Positions 38,717-51,883 are shown, counted from the stretch's first letter. The stretch: 64,000 nt of DNA from Octopus bimaculoides (GCF_001194135.2 NC_068990.1:86786595-86850594); one strand, 5' to 3'. Notes: generated by a model from the sequence alone, not told the origin. Made by a program: numbers and translations.

Positions 38717-39137
38717 NNNNNNNNNNNNNNNNNNNNNNNNNNNNNNNNNNNNNNNNNNNNNNNNNNNNNNNNNNNNNNNNNNNNNNNNNNNNNNNNNNNN
38801 NNNNNNNNNNNNNNNNNNNNNNNNNNNNNNNNNNNNNNNNNNNNNNNNNNNNNNNNNNNNNNNNNNNNNNNNNNNNNNNNNNNNNNNNNNNNNNNNNNNN
38901 NNNNNNNNNNNNNNNNNNNNNNNNNNNNNNNNNNNNNNNNNNNNNNNNNNNNNNNNNNNNNNNNNNNNNNNNNNNNNNNNNNNNNNNNNNNNNNNNNNNN
39001 NGAAATTTTCTGCTCTTATATTTCAAATCTTTGTTCTCTTTATGGTTTTGTCTTCCTCGTCTGTTTCTTTCATAAACACGAACGGCCCACTTGATTCCAT
39101 ATTGCTACCATTGTCTTCTTACTTCTGTTGTTCCTGC

Positions 39138-39185
<48 letters not shown>

Positions 39186-40448
39186 CGTTGTTATTGTTAC
39201 TATCGTTGTTGTGATTGTAACTAATGTGCTTTTTTTATGTTTCATGTGCTTGTTGAATTTGCGTGTTTCGCATCAGACGAATGTGTGTTCTTCTTAATGT
39301 TACTGTTGTTTTTGTTTGTTATAGCACATGCTTTAGTTGTTGGTTTTGAAGGAAGATTATTGACATTGAGACTGTGAACATTGTACTTAGACTGTTTTAA
39401 GTCGACGATTGCAGGAAAACGTGTACAGAGAAAGATTCCCACTGCAATATAACATACATTTATATCACATTATACCATACAACACCATAATATATTTCTC
39501 CATTTACTCACACCACACAGTTACATAACACTGGTATTCATTCCCTCAAACAGCACTATATCATACATCTCCTTTACGTTAAACTACATCAGACTACCTA
39601 CCATATCACACCTACACATCACAACCACACAACATTATTGTTATGATGTGGATCCTTGTCCAGTTATATGTTATTGTCGCCATTATTATGTTGTGGTGGT
39701 ATTCCGCCTCATCTTTGAGTCTTATTATCGTCGTGCTATCGCTGATAGCTTCGCAAGACAATGACTGTGAAGTGTCTACCTTGACGGTAACTCAAACTCG
39801 TATATATCACGCAACTGACAATGAATGCAACTGAGAATTCGTGCAACGACTCTACTACTACTGACTGGCTACAACGACTGACTCTGACTTTATAGTGGCT
39901 GGTTCATACAACTTTGTCAAGTGGGAAGGGGAAGTCCATTTTCACTAAAACAATTATAATGTACATCGCTATTATATTACGGTACATCGTACTCTACCAT
40001 ACTTAGTTTTTACACCACACAGCACTGCACCACACCATACAATGCATCACAATCCTCAACCTATCATGTATGTCCAATAGTCATCACACGTAAAATGCCG
40101 GATGGCGGAAATGCGATTAAGCAATAATTGTGTTTTTATTGACGAGTTCCGCCATAACTGGCAAGTCTTGTGTAATTTTATTTCTTGTCTGAATGACTCC
40201 AATTAAATACTTGTATAATTAATCAATAATTGATTTTGAGAAGTGTGTTGGATCGGAAGAAACAGTGGAGTGTCTGACTAAATGGTTAACAGTATTTTAA
40301 ATTAGTTTAGCTTCTCCAATGCTCATCCAACCTCACCTGTCATCTTTCTGAGAAAGTAGAATAGTATAGGTAGGAACGATAACGTAAGCATGAACCATGC
40401 GCTAAATTAAATATTTGTTTTTGTTTTATTTACTATGACAGTAGCTGA

Positions 40449-40641
40449 GCTAATTATTATTATTATTATTATTGTTGTTCAGTAGTTTTATTTTTATAAC
40501 GTGCTTTCACTTCACTACCGAGCGCAGCTCTGTGCGCCTTGGGTATGTGCTGTGGTTTGCTGTGGTGCTCTTATGTTTACTGTAGTGAAAGTGTTTTGAG
40601 TAGAATGTGTACAGTACCCAGTAGTGCAATTTTCTGTATGT
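40449..40641 (-). mobile_element. R4/Dong-like retrotransposon 3' end with 3' UTR running into (TAA)n; 5' part lost in the N gap
   Basis: Minus strand IQKIALLGTVHILLKTLSLQ*, then a ~100-nt UTR, then caacaataataataataataataat. Confidence 0.85.
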
Positions 40642-42049
40642 NNNNNNNNNNNNNNNNNNNNNNNNNNNNNNNNNNNNNNNNNNNNNNNNNNNNNNNNNNN
40701 NNNNNNNNNNNNNNNNNNNNNNNNNNNNNNNNNNNNNNNNNNNNNNNNNNNNNNNNNNNNNNNNNNNNNNNNNNNNNNNNNNNNNNNNNNNNNNNNNNNN
40801 NNNNNNNNNNNNNNNNNNNNNNNNNNNNNNNNNNNNNNNNNNNNNNNNNNNNNNNNNNNNNNNNNNNNNNNNNNNNNNNNNNNNNTATATATATATATAC
40901 ATATATACATACATACATACATACATACATACATACATACATACATACGTACATACATAGTTCGTACACATTCACACATATATGTATGTATATAACATGC
41001 ATATATATGTCGTTATATTTTATTTTGATTTGGTTATGCTGATATATCTAGTGGAAACCAGTTCATCTTCAGGGAAAGGAAGTAGCTTTAATTTACTTTA
41101 GAAAATGGAGAAAATTTGGTGGAGAAAGACAACCGACCCGAATTTAGGAGATTGTGATTTAGGTGATGGGAATGGAGGAAGACGGAGGAGATTGAAGAGG
41201 AGAGGGAAACTTATTAGTTCATTTGCAGTAAATTATTTTCTCTGTCACTTGATTTTCACTTGTTTGTTTGCAGCTATAGATACTCAAATTTAGAATGAAC
41301 GTGCGTGGCATTCTAGTTTCAAACACAAGTAAATGTATATATGGAGTCTCACGCATATACGGGCAATAGATATTTCTACATTCGTGTTCTCACACATGCA
41401 GGTCCATAAACAAATAAGTATATACGATTACGCAACAACACTTTATGTGACTATATCAACCTTTTTGAGATCAGCGACAGATTTCAAAGCTGGATTTTTT
41501 TAAAGAGGCAGAAAAATTAAGTAAAACACAGGTCGATTAAAAAAGCACATAATATTTAAAGTGGAAAGACCGCCTGGGTCGGCTGGGAACCGCGGCAGGG
41601 AACCGCATGCCTGTATACAACTACGTTCAAACTGCCACTAGAAAGCAAATGTATTCGAGATACAGGCCCAAGGGTGTTAGTAAAGTTGCTTTATATCATT
41701 TGGTTTTGGATCTCTTGTTTATGTTGTTTGATGAGAATAGTCTCTTTTAAGGTTACTGTGGTTGATGCTTTTAATGCCGTAATGGCTTCTGTTGTTAAAA
41801 CTGTTATTTGTTAAATTGGGTTCGCTATTTCTGATTAGTTATTTTGTTATTGTTTATTCCCAGATCAATCCTTACTAAGTGCATACATGACTAAAAGGAT
41901 CCGAACTAAGCCCTTTAAAAGCGAGTGGTGGGATATATTATCCAGTGTGCTCCTTTAAGTCGATAGATTTTGATTTGAGAGAGATTTGGCTATTATTTTC
42001 AGCAAGGCGAATGTCCGTACAGAGGCTCCGTTATTATTGCTTTTCCGAC

Positions 42050-42485
42050 AAGGCGGCGAGGTGGCAGAAACATTAGCACGCCTGGTGAAATGTTTAGCGG
42101 TATTTCGTCTGTCTTCGTGTTCTGAGTTCAAATTCCACCGAGGTCGATTTGCCTTTCATCCTTTCGGAGTCGATAAATTAAGTATCAGTTATGCACTGGG
42201 GTCGATGTAATCGGCTTAATCCCTTTGTCTGTCCTTGTTTGTCCCCTCTATGTTTAACCCCTTGTGGGCAATAAAGAAATAAGTAACGTTAGCACGCCGG
42301 GTGAAATGCTAAGCGATATTTCGTCTGTTTTTACATTCTGAGTTCAAATTCGACCGAGGTCGACTTTGCCTTTCATCCTTTCGGGGTCGATAAATTAAGT
42401 ACCTGCTGCGTACTGGAGTCGATCTAATCGACTGGCTTCCTCCCCAAAAATTTCAAGCCATGTGCTTAGCGTAAAAAATATTATT
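42050..42485 (+). mobile_element. SINE family 2, dimeric form
   Basis: Two tandem units, each with gttagcacgcc..gaaatgcttagc..tgagttcaaattc..gaggtcgactttgcctttcatcctttcggggtcgataaattaagtac, joined by a linker ending gggcaataaagaaat. Confidence 0.88.
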
Positions 42486-43064
42486 GGTTTTGCGTCTGTT
42501 AGTGATCTTAAAGGTTTTGGACAGATTGTTTTTTGCTCCATTTTATTCCTTTCCTACATTTAGAATGTGTGATCTTGGGCTGAGTGATAACCCCAACAAC
42601 AACAAAACTAAAAGCACTATAGGTAAGACTACAAAATATAATACCGTACACATCTGAAGAACAAAGAGCTAGAGTTAATAGCGTAGTGAAAAGCTCGCAC
42701 GTAACCAATAAATAGATGTCATAATAACAGCGTTTCATCTAATTTTGTTCTATCATTGAAGAACCTCCTTCTTGGCAGACTAGCTAGATTTCCAATGCAT
42801 TAATATTATGACGTTACAAGTCTAGTATGATATTGTCACATTGCCATGTGTGTCCGTCGAACAATACGGTTGTTTACTTGTGTAGTTGTGTTGGCAAATC
42901 TAATTGGTTGAATGTTCTTGATTTAAATCTCTGCATTAGCAAACGAAAAGAAAGCAAAAATATAAATAGTTAATATTGAAAAGCAAAAACGATTTACGTG
43001 GAGAGAGAATGTGTGAATGAGAGATAGATTATTGTGCGTGTGTATGTGTGTGTGAGAGAGAGGG

Positions 43065-43160
43065 AGGAAGAGATGTGGAGATAGAAGAAATATAAACATT
43101 GAAAGAGCGGGAGAGAGAGAGAGAGATGTGGAGATAGAAGAAATATAAACATTGAGAGAG
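43065..43160. repeat. Tandem duplication of a ~58-bp purine-rich unit
   Basis: gatgtggagatagaagaaatataaacattga occurs twice (~43072 and ~43123). Confidence 0.85.
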
Positions 43161-43590
43161 GGAAAGGGAGAGAGAGAGAGAGAAGATGAAGTGATAGGTG
43201 GAGAGTTGTAGAGACAATGCAAGCGAGATGCAGTGAGAGAAACTCAACGTGGAAGAAATTCAGAAATTTAGTGAGAGCACTACATTCGTAAAGAGATGAA
43301 AAGAGCGCGAGATACAGAAAGAGATAGAAGCAGAAAATGCGAGAGAAATAGCATGAGAGTTTGAGAGACAGAGACAGAGAGAGAAAAAGAGAAAGTGGGA
43401 ATATTTGTATGAGATACGAGAATGAAATTTTGAAATCAATTCTGTTGTTCTGAAATTTGTATTTTCTGGCTGGATTAAACATTTCAGAATAATGTTGAGA
43501 AAGAATGAAACAAAATATATGTTCTTTAGAGATTAAAATTAAGGCTGAACAAATGCAGAAACTATTGTGTTTTAGAATATATTTTTAAAA

Positions 43591-44003
43591 GGAGTGGCTG
43601 TGTGGTAAGTAGCTTGCCTACCAGCCACATGGTTCCGGGTTCAGTCCCACTGCGTGGCACCTTCGGCAAGTGTCTTCTACTATAGCCTCGGGCCGACCAA
43701 AGCCTTGTGAGTGGATTTGGTAGTTGGAAACTAAAAGAAGTCTGTCGTATATATGTATATATATATGTATGTATGCGTGTGTGCATGTGTCTGTGTTTCT
43801 CCTAGCATTGCTTGACAACCCATGCTGGAGTGTTTATGTCCCCGTCAATTAGCGGTTCGGCAAAAGAGACCGATAGAATAAGTACTAGGCTTCCAAAGAA
43901 TAAGACCTGAGGTCGATTTGCTCGACTAAAAGCGGTGCTCCAGCATGGCCACAGTCAAATGACTGAAACAAGTAAATGAGTAAAAGAGTAAAAGAGTAAA
44001 AGA
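43591..44003 (+). mobile_element. tRNA-derived SINE family 1 (CORE-like domain, internal microsatellite), near full length
   Basis: A-box GTGGCTGTGTGGTAAG, B-box GGTTCAGTCCC, CORE-like GGCACCTTCGGCAAGTGTCTT, internal (TA/CA) repeat, and a tail ending ATGACTGAAACAAGTAAA(AGAGTAAA)n; three other copies in the window. Confidence 0.85.
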
Positions 44004-44653
44004 CTCTTTAACACTTTATATATCTCTACTTCTATAGATGCATGTCGTATGACGACGGTGCATTGCCAGTGTTGATAAAATTCCTTTTCTTACGCATTTC
44101 GACTCCCGGCCTCTGAGTTCAAATCGCATCTGTATCAACTTCGCCATTAATTTTATTCGGGACCAATTAATAAATTGCCAGTACTGAGAGCGATTTATGG
44201 TTTATTCTCTTTGGATCTCACCTTTGATTCAAAAAGTTCTGCGAATACATCTTGAGAATTGCATTAAAGGTACACTTCTCTATGGAATACTCAAATGGCT
44301 ACTTCTTAATTTTATGAACAGAAATTCAGTTAAGTGATCAACTGAATGTGCTTTGTAGAAACTAGCGGAGAATCCCTCAGCACTATATATATTCATATGA
44401 TAGCGTTGAATCGTTGTTGTAACCATGATTTTCCAGTGATCTGCTAAGCTATTTTTCTTTATTTCTATTGATTTATGAATATACTAATGTATTGTATAAT
44501 GCATAGCATGCATATTAATGTAAACGTGTAAACATAATTTTATTCCACACTGAAATTATTGCTACATGAATGACGCTGCGAAACGAGCGTATGCCCTAAG
44601 GATGTCAAGCGGTTACATAAATGTAATCCTTTTTCATGTTTCCTGATGTTTAT

Positions 44654-44724
<71 letters not shown>

Positions 44725-44894
44725 TGTGTGTGTGAGAGGTTAGAGGTAATGGTGTCAATAAAACCCAATGGTTTCATGTAATGCTGAGTAAGTGCTATAG
44801 ACAGACTATAGTTAAGCTCCAGGTTCGGTGATCATGCGAATAAGGAGTCCAACGTAGGTTATATATCAGCATGTGTATATATAATTTTTTTGTT

Positions 44895-45010
44895 CAGAAT
44901 GAGATAAAAAAAAACAACCAAGGCTGTGAAGATTTTAGAACATTTATAAATAGAAGGTCTTACAGCTGTTTCCAGGATATTTATTATATACATTCATCGG
45001 AGACGGTGTG
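44895..45010 (-). mobile_element. Second, decayed copy of the hammerhead-bearing repeat found at ~11305-11430
   Basis: Colinear similarity to 11305-11430 (aatgagata..aaggctgtg..catttataaa..gtcttacagctgtttc..ggatatt..ttcatc.gagac). The motif at 44957-45004 has CCGATGA (U4 to C) and a broken stem II, but retains GAAACAGCTGTA-AGAC and stem I. Confidence 0.75.
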
Positions 45011-45371
45011 ATAAAATGGTTAAGCAATAGTTAATTTAGATAAGATATGAAATAGAGAGTGATGTGGAGGAATGAAAATAGATGTGAGATATGCAGGGAT
45101 ATTGCATTTGTAGATCCATTATTCTAGAAGGTTATAACTTCATTTCAACGATGTATTCAAGCGAAACATGAAAGCCAGTGCCAGCGATATCATCCTAAAA
45201 AGCTGATAAATTTTGGAAGATTTCAGCAGAGATGCATGTTTTGAAGACAACATGTTGAGAAACATGGTCAATGGAAGGAGAAAAGGAATTACAGACACCA
45301 AAATCCAACTACAATATAACCATCACAGCGAGAGAGATTTTTTTATAGAATTTCTACAAGGGACACTACTC

Positions 45372-45434
<63 letters not shown>

Positions 45435-45910
45435 GAGACAGTGTGTTGTGAGAGAGAGGGGGAGAGTGAGAGAGAATGATAGAGAGAGCAAGATTTAAAA
45501 TCTCACGGAGTACAGTAGCTCGACATTTGACTGACCAGTGATGTAAAATTACAGTCTCTCATGACAGACGGATGTGATTAGGAGATTTGAATTTTTACTA
45601 GTCTATATATTAGTCTTAATATTAGCGTTGTATGATTTAGTTATGTAAAAGATTTGATATTCAGTGTGTTGTTAAAACTGTATTATTATCTACATTTTTA
45701 TTGTTATAAGCTATAACTAGCCTCTATCGGAAATTTCTGTAGCAAATCATTGGGAATTGTCGAACTGTCAATGATCATTGATCTTACTATGATTAACGTC
45801 TCTCGGTTATGAATTTACTAGAAATGCTGTTCAGCATTGACCTTTACCGATTTGCAGAAACATGTCGTTTCCTCAAAGTTTACATCTTATGATAATAATA
45901 ATGATTACGA

Positions 45911-45991
<81 letters not shown>

Positions 45992-46002
45992 TGATAATGT
46001 CA

Positions 46003-46826
46003 ATAATGGACAATTTCATAGGGATGTTGAAGATAAGACAGACAGTGAGTAAAGGTGGCTATGGATGACTAAAAGTGATTTAAAACCGGAAACGGAGGCT
46101 CTAATCTGTGCTGCCCAAGAGCAAGCACTAAGAACGAATTACATCAAATGCAGAATAGACAACATATCAGAAAGTGATAAGTGCAGAATTTGTGGACAAA
46201 ATGGTGAAACCGTATGGCATATTACCAGTCAATGTACGTCACTAGTCCAGAAGGAATATAAGAGACGTCATGATAATATAGCAATATGTTCGTTGGACAC
46301 TTTGCAACAAGTATGGACTTGATAGAGCAAAAAAGTGCTACGATCGTAAACCTGAAGGCATCATTGAAAATGATAATGCAAAGACCCTATGGAATTTTAT
46401 GATTCAGTGCGACCATGAGACAGAGAATAGGAAGCCAGACATAGTCTTAATTGAGAAAGAAAGCAAACGATACGGGATCATAGATATAGTATACCCAGAT
46501 AACAACAAGGTATGCGATAAGGAAGAAAGAAAAGTCGAAAGATATGATAGGTTAGCTAGGGAGGGTAAGCAGTTGTGGTCGATGAAAAAGGTGGTAGTAG
46601 TATCAAAAATTGTCGGAGCCCTGGGAACTGTGTGTAAAAATCTTGAGATTTACATGGAACAAATAGGGGCTGCAATAAGAGTGGAGCACTTGCAGAAAAC
46701 AGCACTGCTTGGAACCGCTCGAATACTCCGGAAGGTGCTCGAAAAATAAGAGGTGTTACCTTAGTTCACTGGCAGTGAACAGGTGACACCGTAGTACATC
46801 TCCAGCGTTAGAAGCTGTGCAAAGAC
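46003..46826 (+). mobile_element. 5'-truncated R4/Dong-like non-LTR retrotransposon: CCHC knuckle plus PD-(D/E)XK restriction-like endonuclease
   Basis: GQFHRDVEDKTDSE*RWLWMTKSDLKPETEALICAAQEQAL...CRICGQNGETVWHITSQC...RRHDNIA, then a -1 frameshift near 46284, then WTLCNKYG...WNFMIQCDHETENRKPDIVLIEKESKRYGIIDIVYP...KVERY...GALGTV...LQKTALLGTARILRKVLEK*. Preceded by (TAC)n(TAA)n and followed by aataaaataataat. Confidence 0.93.
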
Positions 46827-47667
46827 AATAAAATAATAATGATGAAGATGATGAGGATTTCTATGGATTGCCATTAGGGTGAAGGATGAGGGGAGCGATA
46901 CATTGAGAGGCATAAAGTATGGATGTTTACATATAATGTAATGTTAAAAAAAGGAAGAGAAAGAAAAGTAAGTATACATGGTGTAGTATAAACATGGAAA
47001 GAATACATAGTATATGAAAATAAAGAAGACAGGATGATAGTAAGGTAGTTGTCCTGATAGAGGAGGACCTCTAGGGATAAAATGATAACAACTCCAACAC
47101 TGAGGAAATGAATATATTATTTCTATTCTTCCTATTGAGATCGAAGTCCCAAGATATTGAGATACAAAACAAAAGCAAAATGCAAACGAAAGAAGCAAAT
47201 GAAACAAAACAGAAAAATGAAGTCTACAGGTGTGGCTGTGTTTATTGAGTATATCAAGTGAAACGGTGTGGCGAACAATATAAAAGTAACAATAACGAGC
47301 AACGGAACAATAGAAATGTGGAAAACAATAAATACTTTTAATAAACAGATAATAGATAAAAAATAATGCTAGAAGTGACAGATGACGGAAGAAAGTAAAA
47401 TGGAGGGAAATCAAGAAAAAGATATGATCTTCATCTTGATGCGACCTTAATTTTCTTTCTTGTCAGTTACTATTACATTCTACACAATCTGGCTGACACT
47501 TAACTAAGTTTTATTTTTAACCTCAAGTCAGACACTATCGTGATGTGTTGCGAGATTTCTTCCTCTAATCATGCGATCGCTGAAACTGAGGAATATACAC
47601 CCCCACATATATATGTGTGTGTATATATATATATGTATATATACATATGTATGTGTGTGTATGTATG

Positions 47668-47714
<47 letters not shown>

Positions 47715-49628
47715 NNNNNNNNNNNNNNNNNNNNNNNNNNNNNNNNNNNNNNNNNNNNNNNNNNNNNNNNNNNNNNNNNNNNNNNNNNNNNNNNNNNNNN
47801 NNNNNNNNNNNNNNNNNNNNNNNNNNNNNNNNNNNNNNNNNNNNNNNNNNNNNNNNNNNNNNNNNNNNNNNNNNNNNNNNNNNNNNNNNNNNNNNNNNNN
47901 NNNNNNNNNNNNNNNNNNNNNNNNNNNNNNNNNNNNNNNNNNNNNNNNNNNNNNNNNNNNNNNNNNNNNNNNNNNNNNNNNNNNNNNNNNNNNNNNNNNN
48001 NNNNNNNNNNNNNNNNNNNNNNNNNNNNNNNNNNNNNNNNNNNNNNNNNNNNNNNNNNNNNNNNNNNNNNNNNNNNNNNNNNNNNNNNNNNNNNNNNNNN
48101 NNNNNNNNNNNNNNNNNNNNNNNNNNNNNNNNNNNNNNNNNNNNNNNNNNNNNNNNNNNNNNNNNNNNNNNNNNNNNNNNNNNNNNNNNNNNNNNNNNNN
48201 NNNNNNNNNNNNNNNNNNNNNNNNNNNNNNNNNNNNGATACGGACACACACACACTCATATGTATATGTTTGTATATATATATATATATATATATATGCG
48301 CGCGCGTGCGTGTGTGCTCGTGCGAACTACTGCTATGCACATAACACCTCATAGATTAACTTTTTCCAGCCAATGGATTTACTTCATCTGGCAACATGGT
48401 AGCTAGTGCGCTATGGTCATAATCCTACATCTTCGTCTTTGTTTTTGATTTCTGCTCCATCCCTTATCTGAGTCACTGGAATTACGAAGAAGTCTACTGA
48501 TGCCGTTTCTCTCGGGTAAAAGTAACATTAAGCGGATGAACGATACTTCCTTGCAATGGATTATTTATGGCAGAAAGCAGGCATTTGTGCTCACTCTCTC
48601 TCAATTCTCTCTCTCGCTGTCTGTCTCTGTCTGTCTGTCAGTCTCTCTCTCTTATTTTAATATTATTTATTTTGTTACTGAACTCAACAGATTAAACCAA
48701 AACTGAAACTCTCATCAGTTCCCTGCTGTAGCTACTGCTTGGTTTTATGTAGAAAATAAATGTTGAACTCAACTTAGCAAGGAAAGAAGTAAAGACAAGT
48801 CGCTTCCTTAATGCCACAACTATTTGTTTCTCTGCTATAAGAAACAAAAAAACTTGATCGGGAGCTAAAAACGTTAAAAGTTTTCTTATACACTTTCTAT
48901 ATACAACCACAAGATACGTGTTATATGTCAAGCGTTTATAATCATTCTCCACGAACAACCTCCAAATTTTCATCTTCTCTGTTCGCCTTCTATAACTTAT
49001 TCTTTCAACATAGCTTCTGTTTTCTGTCATTGTTCAAATAAGTTTCTGTAACCTTTAATACATTTTATTCGTATGTTTGCACAAAGTTATGCTCTCCTAC
49101 TCTTAGAATACCGTGTCTGCTTAAGCGCGCGCGCGCGCGCGTGTGTGTGTATGTGTGTGCGTGTGCGTGAGTATATGTGTGTATGCGTTGTGTAAACGTG
49201 CTTGTGCGTAAGTGCGTGAATGTACGTCTAACATAATATATACAGATATATATACATACACATACACACACAGACACGCACACACACACACACACACATA
49301 TATATACACACATATATACACACATCTACATGCATATATATATACGCACACAAACACACACACACACACAAACCTTTCGAAACTTCATTTCAAAAGGTTT
49401 GTGTCATTCTGTTTTTCGAAGAATTTTTAAATAGTTAATAACTTTTAAGAAAAATCTTCAAATATGTTGAGAGTTTCAAGTATTTTTTTTGTAAAAACAT
49501 TGCACACGCACGCACGCACACACAATCACACACACACACAAACAACCCCTCAAACACACACACAATGCGCATATAGATATACATGTATATCTAGAATTAT
49601 TCAGTTTTTAAGTATGTGTATATATGTA

Positions 49629-49660
<32 letters not shown>

Positions 49661-50611
49661 NNNNNNNNNNNNNNNNNNNNNNNNNNNNNNNNNNNNNNNN
49701 NNNNNNNNNNNNNNNNNNNNNNNNNNNNNNNNNNNNNNNNNNNNNNNNNNNNNNNNNNNNNNNNNNNNNNNNNNNNNNNNNNNNNNNNNNNNNNNNNNNN
49801 NNNNNNNNNNNNNNNNNNNNNNNNNNNNNNNNNNNNNNNNNNNNNNNNNNNNNNNNNNNNNNNNNNNNNNNNNNNNNNNNNNNNNNNNNNNNNNNNNNNN
49901 NNNNNNNNNNNNNNNNNNNNNNNNNNNNNNNNNNNNNNNNNNNNNNNNNNNNNNNNNNNNNNNNNNNNNNNNNNNNNNNNNNNNNNNNNNNNNNNNNNNN
50001 NNNNNNNNNNNNNNNNNNNNNNNNNNNNNNNNNNNNNNNNNNNNNNNNNNNNNNNNNNNNNNNNNNNNNNNNNNNNNNNNNNNNNNNNNNNNNNNNNNNN
50101 NNNNNNNNNNNNNNNNNNNNNNNNNNNNNNNNNNNNNNNNNNNNNNNNNNNNNNNNNNNNNNNNNNNNNNNNNNNNNNNNNNNNNNNNNNNNNNNNNNNN
50201 NNNNNNNNNNNNNNNNNNNNNNNNNNNNNNNNNNNNNNNNNNNNNNNNNNNNNNNNNNNNNNNNNNNNNNNNNNNNNNNNNNNNNNNNNNNNNNNNNNNN
50301 NNNNNNNNNNNNNNNNNNNNNNNNNNNNNNNNNNNNNNNNNNNNNNNNNNNNNNNNNNNNNNNNNNNNNNNNNNNNNNNNNNNNNNNNNNNNNNNNNNNN
50401 NNNNNNNNNNNNNNNNNNNNNNNNNNNNNNNNNNNNNNNNNNNNNNNNNNNNNNNNNNNNNNNNNNNNNNNNNNNNNNNNNNNNNNNNNNNNNNNNNNNN
50501 NNNNNNNNNNNNNNNNNNNNNNNNNNNNNNNNNNNNNNNNNNNNNNNNNNNNNNNNNNNNNNNNNNNNNNNNNNNNNNNNNNNNNNNNNNNNNNNNNNNN
50601 NNNNNNNNNNN
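49661..50611. other. Assembly gap (N run), one of many
   Basis: Other large N runs begin at ~12285, 14913, 38717, 40642, 47715, 51452, 54743, 56667, 57720 and 61163; almost all abut microsatellites. Confidence 1.
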
Positions 50612-50652
<41 letters not shown>

Positions 50653-51182
50653 GCATACAAAACTATATATAACTACAGAAGAGAAAGAATGCGAGGAATA
50701 CATATATACACTTACACATACACATTTATACACACACATACACGCACTCACATGCATACGTTCTTGTCTGACTACACAACATGGACACATTGCTCACATA
50801 ATTATCTATACAATGAATTTGTGTTTATCACATTCATACAGTTAAGACTTAATTAAACAACAATGTGAAATAGAAAATCTTGCAACAAAAGCTGGACTGA
50901 ATCAATAGCTTTGTTATCTAGAATTAATATTAAAGTCTACAAACACTTCTATAAACTCCAGCATAGTAATCGCGTTAAGAGCGTCAAGAGGATCTAGCAA
51001 GAAAAATGTCACCCATGGACTTTGGTCAATTAATATTCGCTAAAATAACAATACAATTATGCAATTCTCCACTTACTAAAAACTTCTGATATAATTTCTT
51101 ATCTGAAGATTCGCATGTATTTGTATATAGTAGTATATAGACATAAACGTTTATCTATCCATCCATCCATCTATCTGATACA

Positions 51183-51272
51183 CGATCCCTATTGATCGCT
51201 CTTTTTTTTTTTTTTTCGATCCCTTTTGATCGAACTCCCCCCTTTTTTCCTTCCTACGATCCCTTTTGATCG
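51183..51272. repeat. Three spaced copies of the 16-nt hairpin CGATCCCT(A/T)TTGATCG
   Basis: Copies start at 51183, 51217 and 51257, separated by different pyrimidine-rich spacers of 18 and 24 nt. Confidence 0.9.
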
Positions 51273-51403
51273 ACACACACCCTTTTTTTATTTTTTAAAA
51301 TTTTTTATTTTAATTTTTTTCTCCTTCCCCCTCCCAAAAAGAAAAGCTCTACACTGTATTTGTCCCATCTTCGTTGAGCCCTGTGTGGCTAATAAAAGAA
51401 ATG

Positions 51404-51451
<48 letters not shown>

Positions 51452-51883
51452 NNNNNNNNNNNNNNNNNNNNNNNNNNNNNNNNNNNNNNNNNNNNNNNNN
51501 NNNNNNNNNNNNNNNNNNNNNNNNNNNNNNNNNNNNNNNNNNNNNNNNNNNNNNNNNNNNNNNNNNNNNNNNNNNNNNNNNNNNNNNNNNNNNNNNNNNN
51601 NNNNNNNNNNNNNNNNNNNNNNNNNNNNNNNNNNNNNNNNNNNNNNNNNNNNNNNNNNNNNNNNNNNNNNNNNNNNNNNNNNNNNNNNNNNNNNNNNNNN
51701 NNNNNNNNNNNNNNNNNNNNNNNNNNNNNNNNNNNNNNNNNNNNNNNNNNNNNNNNNNNNNNNNNNNNNNNNNNNNNNNNNNNNNNNNNNNNNNNNNNNN
51801 NNNNNNNNNNNNNNNNNNNNNNNNNNNNNNNNNNNNNNNNNNNNNNNNNNNNNATATATATATCGCTCTATCTATCTATTTAT

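Noticed and set aside
48692-49030. 112-aa non-repetitive minus ORF (similarly 13753-14298, 28097-28456, 35608-35808, 59500-59697)
   Set aside because: No recognisable domain, splice structure or codon bias by eye; may be old TE debris but cannot be supported.
51183-51272. CRISPR-like repeat-spacer pattern
   Set aside because: Only three 16-nt repeats with short low-complexity spacers, no cas genes and a eukaryotic context; kept only as a repeat finding.
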